Below are positions 50,608-58,957 of a DNA stretch of 64,000 nt, one piece after another. The position numbers were made by a program, and so were the translations under genes. Within the stretch, counting starts at the first letter, position 1. Every line of letters starts with the position of its first letter. Source of the stretch: an uncultured candidate division Zixibacteria bacterium (GTDB taxonomy: Bacteria; Zixibacteria; MSB-5A5; GN15; FEB-12). The notes beneath the pieces are model-generated. The model was not told the origin of the DNA and made no database searches. It saw only the letters and a program-made list of their open reading frames with translations. The stretch is from assembly GCA_963735035.1 (NCBI GenBank), contig CAVTJJ010000006.1:192001-256000 (forward strand). Direction: 5' to 3'.

Positions 50608-51933
50608 ATGTCTCCCGAACAAAATTTGAAGGCGGCTCCAAAGACAGTGACATTGATTATTCACGGGACCTTTGCCGCTGGTGAGACCTGGTGGCGCTTG
50701 GGAGAGGGCGAGAATAGGACATTCGCCGACCGTCTGGAAGTCGCGCTCGCCAAACGCGGCCTTCAGGGAAGTGTGTGGAAACCGTTACTGGATTGCGGAT
50801 TCGGATACGATGCTTTCAGTTGGTCGGGAGAGAATCGCCACAAGGCGCGACAGACCGGCTCCCGAAAATTGATTGCCTCCCTGAAACTAATGGCCGACCA
50901 GTGCGAAGCCGAAGGGCGCGGACGCTTGCGGGTCAATCTGGTAGCTCACTCCCATGGCGGCAATGTAGTGCTGGAGGCTTTGCGACGGTTTCCCGACAAG
51001 ATCGAAATTGGCCGCGTGATCCTGCTTGGGACTCCGTTGCTGGCAGTAAAACCATCTCTTCGTCTCCTGCGTCTGGTGGTGGCCTATGTAATGCTTACTA
51101 TCATCCTGCTTTTCGGATCTTACTTACTGATTCAGGGTGTCATTTCTGCTCTGCAGTTGGCTGGCCTGACTACGCCAACCGCCCCGACTGCCGGTGCAGA
51201 GTTTTCGGACAAGTGGATCGCGCCTGCGATACCCCTGATCATCATCTTCTATGGCTGGCTTTTCTATTTGCTGGCGGAGGTGGGGGATTTCGTGTGGCGT
51301 GTCGCCGTGGCTCCGTTTTCGATGATGACCGGGCGATGGGCCGGCCAGGTATATGGACCGAGAGCTGCGACCGCTCGAAAGATTCTTCGAAATCATCCGG
51401 CCGTATTGTTCACAAGTCATTTCGACGAAGCCGCTCTGCTTTTATCTGTCTGTTCGGCGCCACGTCAACTCTACGTGGAATTTGTTAGCGCCAGGCTAAG
51501 CCCGGTTCGACTATTTCTGGAACGGCTGCTCTTTCGACCTATCGCGGTGGGACTGATCCTCAGGTGTGTGGAGGTCGTGTTGGAGCGGGCAGCGCTCGGT
51601 TTTGCGAAAACCAAACTCTTGTTCTTCGATTATGAGATGGCCGATCTGGACAAAGGTCGCGAGTATCCAAAGTCGGTTGTTACGCGGAGAGATGTCACCG
51701 AGGAGCTTCGGCCGTCGATCCAAAAGAAACGTCTTAGCCTCGCTCTGGCTACAGCTCAGCCGGTCGAGTTGAAAGAGGCTGCACCGGGTGAAGACCGGCA
51801 TGTGGCGTCGCTCAAGAACGCTCTGGAAACGGCGGGCCGGGATTTAATGTCTCAGGTTCGGCTTCGACATTCGCTATACTATGACAATGATGTCATTACG
51901 GAACTGATCGCTGAGGAATTGACGGCGAAATAG
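50608..51933 (+). CDS. Alpha/beta hydrolase (lipase-like) with internal TM helices
   Basis: IIHGTF, FSWSG, VAHSHGGNV, LLGTP, two TM segments, DEA, HSLYY; alternative start at 50593. Confidence 0.8.
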   Translation: MSPEQNLKAAPKTVTLIIHGTFAAGETWWRLGEGENRTFADRLEVALAKRGLQGSVWKPLLDCGFGYDAFSWSGENRHKARQTGSRKLIASLKLMADQCEAEGRGRLRVNLVAHSHGGNVVLEALRRFPDKIEIGRVILLGTPLLAVKPSLRLLRLVVAYVMLTIILLFGSYLLIQGVISALQLAGLTTPTAPTAGAEFSDKWIAPAIPLIIIFYGWLFYLLAEVGDFVWRVAVAPFSMMTGRWAGQVYGPRAATARKILRNHPAVLFTSHFDEAALLLSVCSAPRQLYVEFVSARLSPVRLFLERLLFRPIAVGLILRCVEVVLERAALGFAKTKLLFFDYEMADLDKGREYPKSVVTRRDVTEELRPSIQKKRLSLALATAQPVELKEAAPGEDRHVASLKNALETAGRDLMSQVRLRHSLYYDNDVITELIAEELTAK

Positions 51934-51979
51934 CCCGTGTACGGGCGCCTTCGCTAATAGCGCAACCGGGCGGGACCAA

Positions 51980-52333
51980 ATGGCTACTGAACTCCATCAA
52001 CGTACGATTGCTGTTCTAAAGAAAGTCCCCCGCGGGAAAGTTGTGACTTACGGGCTGGTTGCGGCGATGGCGGGAAACCCGCGTGCCGCGCGACAAGTAG
52101 TGCGGACGCTCAATACGGCATCGGAGAAAGAGAATCTGCCCTGGCATCGGGTGATTAATTCTCAGGGGAAGATTTCGCTGAAGCGGGGACAGGGGTATGA
52201 ATTGCAGAAAGTGCTGCTCGAAAGAGAGGGGGTGAAGTTCGGAAATGGAGGGCGGATCGATCTCGCCAAATATCTCTGGTCGCCCAAGAAGCGCATAATG
52301 GCTCGCAAGAAAACCACTATCGATCGTGGTTGA
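51980..52333 (+). CDS. Alkyltransferase-like (Atl/YbaZ, MGMT family) protein
   Basis: VPRGKVVTYG, PWHRVINS (Trp replaces the catalytic Cys). Confidence 0.9.
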   Translation: MATELHQRTIAVLKKVPRGKVVTYGLVAAMAGNPRAARQVVRTLNTASEKENLPWHRVINSQGKISLKRGQGYELQKVLLEREGVKFGNGGRIDLAKYLWSPKKRIMARKKTTIDRG

Positions 52334-52370
52334 TCTTGAATCGGGGAGTGCATTGATTGCCGGGTATATG

Positions 52371-52434
52371 TGTGGGCGGCACACGTCCTCGTGTGCCCCA
52401 TTTCAAGGGGCAGACCAGGAGGTCTGCCGCCCAC
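52371..52434. repeat. Inverted pair of family C REP-like elements
   Basis: tgtgggcggcacacgtcctcgtgtgcccc ... ggggcagaccaggaggtctgccgcccac. Confidence 0.8.
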
Positions 52435-52679
52435 GGAGTTGAGATCGCCACGGCCGCCAAGGCGGCCTCGCGATGACGATGTAGGGGACTTTCAAATCCC
52501 CAAACGAACACGGTTGATTTTTTTTGCTGAACACATTAGATTCCCGGCAATGGTTAGCGTATGTAACAAGCTTGAGTATCTGGCACTGGAGTACCATCGG
52601 CGCCGGGTCAAAGAAATCACTTAAGAGTCTCTCCTGAACCCTAGGTTGGTACACTATCTAACCCGGAAAGGAGAAACTC

Positions 52680-54083
52680 ATGAGCAAACATCGCCAACCA
52701 TCCGAACCTTATCGCATCAAGGCCATTGAGTCGATCAAGCTGCGCTCCCGTGACGAACGCGAGAGACTGATCGCCGAGGCCCATTACAATCTCTTCAAGA
52801 TCAACGCCGAAGACATCTACCTGGATTTGCTGACCGATTCAGGCACTTCCGCCATGTCGAATCGCCAGTGGGCGGCGCTTATGCTCGGCGACGAGTCATA
52901 CGCCGGAGCAACGTCGTTCCATAAGTTCGAAAACGCCGTTCGCGGCATCTGGGGCAAACGGTTTGTCATCCCCTGCCATCAGGGACGAGTGGCCGAGAAT
53001 CTGGTCTTCAGCAACTTGATGAAGCCGGGTCAGTACGTCCCGAACAACACCCATTTCGATACCACCAGGGGCAACTGCCTGCACAAGGGCGGCATTCCGA
53101 TCGACTTGCCGTGCGCTGAAAGCAAATCTGATGAGCCACTTCCTTTCAAGGGAAACATGGATACGGTTGCGCTGGAGCAGTTCATCCGCGACAAAGGAGC
53201 GGACCAGATCGCCATGGTGATCATGACCGTCACGAACAACTCTGCCGGGGGCCAGCCGGTGTCCATGGCGAATATCCGCGAGACTTCAGCGATATGTCAT
53301 CATCACGGTATTCGGTTCTATTTCGACTGCGCCCGATTCGCGGAGAACTGCTATTTCATCAAGCGCGACGAACCCAGCTATGCGGGCAAGAGCATTCGCG
53401 AAATCGCGGTCGAGATGTTCTCGCTGTGCGACGGCGCCATGATGTCGGCCAAGAAGGACGGCCTGGCGAACATCGGCGGGTTCATTACGCTCGATGACGA
53501 GCCGGCTTACGAGAAGTTGATCCAGAATCTGATTCTGATCGAGGGTTTTCTGACGTACGGCGGTCTGGCGGGACGCGATCTCGAGATTCTCGCGGTCGGT
53601 CTGGAAGAAGTCCTCGAATTCGATTACCTCGATTTTCGTATCGAACAGATGCGCTATTTTGGTGAACAGATCAAAGAAGCCGGGATGCCTATTATCGAGC
53701 CGACCGGCGGCCACGCCGTGTTTGTCGATGCAGGGCGATTCCTTCCGCACATCCCGCCCGGCCGATTCCCCGGTCAATCGCTGTCGGTTGAATTCTATTT
53801 AGAGGGTGGAGTCAGAACGGTTGAAATCGGCAGTCTGATGTTCGGTGGAGTCGATCCTCAAACCGGCAAGGAATTCTATGCACCCAAAGAGTTGGTGCGG
53901 ATGTGTCTGCCGAGGCGGGTGTATACCAACTCTCAAATCGACTATATCGCCGACTGCGCCGAAAGAATCGCTACGCGCAAGTCGACTTTGAAGGGATATC
54001 AGGTGACAAGACAATCGCAGTACCTTCGCCACTTCACCTGCGATCTCGACGTCTACCAACCGGAGGGAGTGAAGGTCGGATGA
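52680..54083 (+). CDS. tnaA: Tryptophanase (beta-eliminating lyase)
   Basis: DLLTDSGT, GDESYAG, HQGR, HFDTT and SAKKDG (tryptophanase-type, versus FTTT/SGKKD in tyrosine phenol-lyase), PRRVYT, LRHFT. Confidence 0.85.
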   Translation: MSKHRQPSEPYRIKAIESIKLRSRDERERLIAEAHYNLFKINAEDIYLDLLTDSGTSAMSNRQWAALMLGDESYAGATSFHKFENAVRGIWGKRFVIPCHQGRVAENLVFSNLMKPGQYVPNNTHFDTTRGNCLHKGGIPIDLPCAESKSDEPLPFKGNMDTVALEQFIRDKGADQIAMVIMTVTNNSAGGQPVSMANIRETSAICHHHGIRFYFDCARFAENCYFIKRDEPSYAGKSIREIAVEMFSLCDGAMMSAKKDGLANIGGFITLDDEPAYEKLIQNLILIEGFLTYGGLAGRDLEILAVGLEEVLEFDYLDFRIEQMRYFGEQIKEAGMPIIEPTGGHAVFVDAGRFLPHIPPGRFPGQSLSVEFYLEGGVRTVEIGSLMFGGVDPQTGKEFYAPKELVRMCLPRRVYTNSQIDYIADCAERIATRKSTLKGYQVTRQSQYLRHFTCDLDVYQPEGVKVG

Positions 54084-54676
54084 CAAAGCGAAGCTTCTTC
54101 TTGTTCTTTCTGATCGGGTTGACCGGAATGTTTGTCGGATGCAGTGCCGTGCACATTCAAACCGGACCAATGACTGACACTGAAGTCACGCAGCAGTCCG
54201 AAGATTCCGGTCGACGTTTCAAGACCACGTGGGCCGACCGACTTCAATCCGCCACCCCCGTGCAGCAGGCCGATATGCTCAAGACCTTCATGGACAGCAC
54301 CACGACGCGTTTTCTCAGGTACGGCGAACAGGTCAACGGGTCCTGGCGTGACGAAAGCAAGCGCCGGGGCTCTCAGGTTCCGGTGGAAGAGATCCGAGCG
54401 ATGGTCGAACGATCGACCCAGGTTGATCTGCCCATGCTGGAAGCGTACGAGGACGTTCTGGAGTATGGTGTCAGTCTGATTCATGATACCAAGTCGCTCG
54501 ACTCGGGCGCGGAGGACAAACTTACGAAATACCGAGACCTGTATCTCGAAATCTACAGCGCCGTATTCTATCCCAACGGCACGAGGGATGAGTTCGAGAA
54601 CCAGTTGCAGCTTTTGGGGAATAAGGCCCAGGACGCCAGCTTGGAGTTGGAAACTGAACTAAAACAGTCTCGTTGA
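54080..54676 (+). CDS. Lipoprotein, function unknown
   Basis: ATGA overlap with tnaA; FVG-C lipobox. Confidence 0.8.
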   Translation: MTKRSFFLFFLIGLTGMFVGCSAVHIQTGPMTDTEVTQQSEDSGRRFKTTWADRLQSATPVQQADMLKTFMDSTTTRFLRYGEQVNGSWRDESKRRGSQVPVEEIRAMVERSTQVDLPMLEAYEDVLEYGVSLIHDTKSLDSGAEDKLTKYRDLYLEIYSAVFYPNGTRDEFENQLQLLGNKAQDASLELETELKQSR

Positions 54677-54871
54677 GAAATACTTAGGGGCCGTTTGTGC
54701 AGACTTCTGCAGAGAAAGCGGTTGTTGGGCATTCGGGGGAGGCTTTCTCGGCGGTTTTGTAACTGCAACCCCCGCAACCGCTTTGGCCGGCGATCTGGAG
54801 AATTCGATTTGATACAATTTATTATGGCCGCTCAATTGCTAGTTGCCTACTGAGATTTCCCGACTGATCGG

Positions 54872-54900
54872 TTGACAGAACGACGGGAACTTCATATACT
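54872..54900 (+). promoter_or_regulatory. sigma70 promoter of porU operon
   Basis: TTGACA-N17-TATACT. Confidence 0.7.
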
Positions 54901-55055
54901 AACGAGGTTTATACTGACTGAAAGGAGTCCGATCTATAGTCCTACGGTTAAAGCTTTGATTGTGTAGTTGAATAAAGCTAAAGAAGGCTTGAAACACTAG
55001 CCCGTTGACCGTGGTTGTAGATCGACTCGGTTCCAGGGCTGGGATTTGTCCCAGT

Positions 55056-58000
55056 ATGGAAATCATTCGGTATAAGACGTTTGCATTCATTTTCGTATCG
55101 CTATTCTATCCCATCATAGTCTGGGGAGCAGACACCAATCTCACCGTTTTGTCTTCTTCGGAAAGTGGCTTTCGATTCACCTATTCCTTTGAGTCCGATC
55201 TGGCTGCCCGTCTGGCAGACAGTGGCTCGGTCAATACAGGGGATCTCGCTCGGACTATCCAAATCGCCGTTCCTTGTGGTTCTTCGGCCCGAGTGCTGTC
55301 GGCGGTGGGAAGCAATCCGCATCAACTGATTGTAGAGGCCTCGTCCGCTTCTGAAAATGCTAATTCGGTTCTGGCCGAAGTGTCACGTCCGGTGGTAACG
55401 CGCGGCCGTCAAACGGTCGGAGTCAATCTCCAGCCGGTTTCCGGCGGTGGAGTGTACGGGCAACTGGAAGTCGAGATCGGATTTGACCGTGTGGGTCAGT
55501 CGGCGGCTCTGAGCACTTCGAAAGATCCGGCATTCGAGAAAATCTGGGCGGCATCGCTGGCCAACTACGAAGTTGCTCGTAGCTGGCCGGTGGAGTACCG
55601 TCGGAGTCAGTCCTCTGCCATGGGGCTGGCTGCGGCTCCGGGTGATTTCACGGCCGCGGCTGAATGGTACAAAGTTACGGTCAGTCGTACCGGTCTGGTT
55701 CGCATTACAGGAGCTCAACTTCAGACAGCCGGAATTTCGCTAAGCGGTTTGAAGTCCGATTCGATCCGGATATTCAATGCGGGAGGGCTTCCCAATTCAG
55801 TGGAAAACGCCGACCCACGGCCGCAATTCACGGAAATTTCTCTGTTGGTGCTCGACGGTGGTGATGGAGACTTCGGTTCTACCGACCAACTCTTCTTCTA
55901 CGGTGAAGCGCCCAGCCGCTGGACTTACGAGGCTGATGGAACGCCAAAGTATGTAAACAATGTCTACACCACACAGAATGTGTACTGGCTGGCGGTATCG
56001 GGGAATTTCAGTTCGTTACCGCAGCGCATGGCCGAGATCGGCGGAGCCCCTGCTGGGGGCGATCTAGTAGATCAGTGCTGGAATAACGTGCATCTCGAAC
56101 AGGACAATTTGATTGGCGTGGAACCCGACGGACATATCTGGGACTACTACAATTGGTATTGGAGCTCCGAGACCAGTGTCACTATGCAGGTGGCCACTCC
56201 AGGCGCGATCGATTCCGATTCGGCCTATGTCTATGTTGTAGGCAAGAACGGCCAGGGGATCGATTTGTCGGTCAACAGTGTTCCAGCTACTGAAAATGGC
56301 TGTCTGAGCACATCTTGCCGGTATGACACACGCGCTCTTATCGGTGGGACTCCCGGTCTTAATCGATTCGATCTGCAATTGACGCCGGTATCAGGAACCA
56401 TCTCGCCGTTTCTTGATTACGTCGAAGTTTCTTATCATGGTTCGATACAGCCTGTTTCCAATCGCATAGATTTCGCTCTGAGTGGGGTTGGGGGAGAGGC
56501 CGATGTCCAGGTTGTCGATGCTTTCGTTTCGACACCGACGGTTCTGAAAATATCTGACCCGTTGCATCCGTCGGTCATTACCGGTTTCCAGCGTTCTGGC
56601 GGCTACCTGACTTTTCATACCGCATTGGCTCTAGACAGCACGAATCGATTCTACTGTGATCTTCTGAGCCAGGCCGCTGCACCGGAACAGATTCAGCGGG
56701 CGGCAGTGACCGAACTTCGCGTGGCCTCACACCAGACCGATCTGATCATAGTGACTGCCCCCGAGTTCGTTTCGACTCTGGCCGATTATGTGGCTTATCG
56801 CGAAGCCGGCGGCACGAGCATCCAGGTGGTATCGGTTCCCGACATCATCGATAATTTCTCCTACGGTCTTTACGACCCGACCGCGATTCGCGACTTTCTC
56901 AAATACACTTACGAAAACTATCCCTCCCCGGCACCATCCGGAGTTCTGTTTGTCGGCGACGCCACCTATGACTATCTCGATCGTCTCGGCACCGGCATTA
57001 CCAACTGGGTGCCGTCGTTCATCCGTCCGACCGACCGTACTTACAGCGATGACAACTACGTCTACTTCGGCAGCTACGGCATTCTCGACTCTGATCACGA
57101 TCACGGCTACGACATGATGACGGCGCGCTGGCCGGTGCGGACGACCACGGAGATCGACGATATCATGGCCAAGATTCGCGGATACGAGTCATCGACCGGT
57201 TTTGGAACCTGGCGGACCAGGATCACGCTGGTTGCTGACGACGAACATTCCGGCGACCGGGATAACGAGACCTTCCATACGACCCAGACCGAAACGCTTG
57301 AAAAGGAGTACGTCCCCCGGCTGCTCAGCCGTGAAAAGATCTACCTCTGGGAATACCCGTTTGTAAATCGCGAAAAGCCGGCGGTCAATGACGCTATCGT
57401 CGGGGCCTTTAACGACGGCACGTTGATCGTCAATTATGTCGGACACGGTAATCCGGATGTCTGGTCCCATGAACATGTCTTTCAACGGTCCGCCGACCTG
57501 CCTCGCCTCACCAATATCGATCGTCTCCCGCTGGTATATGCCGCCTCATGTGATATTGGCTTCTTCGACGATCCGCAGGGCGAGGGGATGGGTGAAGACC
57601 TGCTCAAGATGGCGACCGGTGGAGCCATCGCGGTTATTTCGGCCACCCGTCTCGTTTACGCCGCTGATAACGCCCAGTTCAACCGCGCCGTCTACGAGGC
57701 TCTATTCGGCAACTCCGGACTCTCGATCGGCGAGGCGTTGTTCACTGCCAAGGTGCGACGCCAGTATCCGAACCCATCGGACTCGATTCCTCGTCGGGTC
57801 GACAACGATCGCGCCTACACCTTGTTTGGCGATCCGCTGCTCCGTCTGGGTCTGCCTCGGTACCGGGTCGAGTTTGCAGAGGCACCGGACAGTCTCGTGG
57901 CGCTGCAATTGGCTACTCTGCAAGGTCGAATAGTCGATGAATCCGGTACACCTTACAATGGGAACGGTGACTTGTTCCTGACAGTCTATGATTCCGAGCG

Positions 58001-58913
58001 ACAGCACTCATATCATCTGGTCAACGATACCAATATGATTCGTTACTGGGTGGCCGGTCCGGCGATTTTCCGGGGTACGGCAACAATTGAAGACGGACAG
58101 TTCCGTCTGCAGTTTGTTACTCCACTGGATATCGGCTACCGTGGCGTCAGTGCGCGCGTTTCGGCCTATGCCATCCTTGGCGGCATTGACGCCGCGGGAA
58201 TTGTCGACAGCCTACCGGTAAGCGTTCGGCAGAGCCAGGTGGCTGACGCAGAAGGACCGGAGATCATTTGCGGGTCGACTAAGCGCGGGTCAATACGCGA
58301 CGGCGATTTTCTTGATCTGGGTGACAGTCTCTTGGTTCGACTGACCGACAGCTCCGGGCTGAATTTGGCGGGCGCGATCGGTCACGGCATCACTCTGGTA
58401 ATCGATGATAAGCTGGACGAGAGCTATAACCTGAACGGCTTGTTCGAATTCGACCGCGACAGTTACACGACCGGTCGGCTGATTTTTCCGCTGGCGACGG
58501 TTGCTCCCGGACGGCATCAGTTCAAGATCAAGGCCTGGGACAATGTCAACAACGCCTCGATGGTCGAATTTTCCGCGGAAATAGGCACTTCCGATCAATT
58601 GGCTCTCCGGGACTTGTTGAATCACCCCAATCCGATGAATGCCTCCACGACCTTTTATTTCGAGCTGACAGAGTCGGTCGCGGAGCTAAATGTCAGCGTT
58701 TACACGTTATCCGGTAAGAAGATATGGACAACCAGCCGATATGATCTAAAGGCGGATCGGTACCCCAACGCGGCCACTGGAATAGTCTGGGATGGTCGCG
58801 ATAATGAGGGGGACCGGGTTGGTGCCGGAGTTTACATATATCGCGTGGTCGCTTCCCGTGCGGCCGCAGGTGACGATGTCGAGAAGTTCGGTAAGCTGGT
58901 GGTGCTGAACTGA
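55056..58913 (+). CDS. porU: Type IX secretion sortase PorU (C25 gingipain family)
   Basis: DPTAIRDFL, LFVGDA, SDDNY, NYVGHG (His), ASC (Cys), LFGDP, KAWDNVNN, NHPNP..GVYIYR..GKLVVLN. Confidence 0.9.
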   Translation: MEIIRYKTFAFIFVSLFYPIIVWGADTNLTVLSSSESGFRFTYSFESDLAARLADSGSVNTGDLARTIQIAVPCGSSARVLSAVGSNPHQLIVEASSASENANSVLAEVSRPVVTRGRQTVGVNLQPVSGGGVYGQLEVEIGFDRVGQSAALSTSKDPAFEKIWAASLANYEVARSWPVEYRRSQSSAMGLAAAPGDFTAAAEWYKVTVSRTGLVRITGAQLQTAGISLSGLKSDSIRIFNAGGLPNSVENADPRPQFTEISLLVLDGGDGDFGSTDQLFFYGEAPSRWTYEADGTPKYVNNVYTTQNVYWLAVSGNFSSLPQRMAEIGGAPAGGDLVDQCWNNVHLEQDNLIGVEPDGHIWDYYNWYWSSETSVTMQVATPGAIDSDSAYVYVVGKNGQGIDLSVNSVPATENGCLSTSCRYDTRALIGGTPGLNRFDLQLTPVSGTISPFLDYVEVSYHGSIQPVSNRIDFALSGVGGEADVQVVDAFVSTPTVLKISDPLHPSVITGFQRSGGYLTFHTALALDSTNRFYCDLLSQAAAPEQIQRAAVTELRVASHQTDLIIVTAPEFVSTLADYVAYREAGGTSIQVVSVPDIIDNFSYGLYDPTAIRDFLKYTYENYPSPAPSGVLFVGDATYDYLDRLGTGITNWVPSFIRPTDRTYSDDNYVYFGSYGILDSDHDHGYDMMTARWPVRTTTEIDDIMAKIRGYESSTGFGTWRTRITLVADDEHSGDRDNETFHTTQTETLEKEYVPRLLSREKIYLWEYPFVNREKPAVNDAIVGAFNDGTLIVNYVGHGNPDVWSHEHVFQRSADLPRLTNIDRLPLVYAASCDIGFFDDPQGEGMGEDLLKMATGGAIAVISATRLVYAADNAQFNRAVYEALFGNSGLSIGEALFTAKVRRQYPNPSDSIPRRVDNDRAYTLFGDPLLRLGLPRYRVEFAEAPDSLVALQLATLQGRIVDESGTPYNGNGDLFLTVYDSERQHSYHLVNDTNMIRYWVAGPAIFRGTATIEDGQFRLQFVTPLDIGYRGVSARVSAYAILGGIDAAGIVDSLPVSVRQSQVADAEGPEIICGSTKRGSIRDGDFLDLGDSLLVRLTDSSGLNLAGAIGHGITLVIDDKLDESYNLNGLFEFDRDSYTTGRLIFPLATVAPGRHQFKIKAWDNVNNASMVEFSAEIGTSDQLALRDLLNHPNPMNASTTFYFELTESVAELNVSVYTLSGKKIWTTSRYDLKADRYPNAATGIVWDGRDNEGDRVGAGVYIYRVVASRAAAGDDVEKFGKLVVLN

Positions 58914-58957
58914 TGAACAAGATGAACAGTAACCGTAGATAGGTGGAGAAGCATTTG

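Noticed and set aside
52680..54083. Tyrosine phenol-lyase assignment
   Set aside because: FDTT and SAKKD match the tryptophanase-type residues
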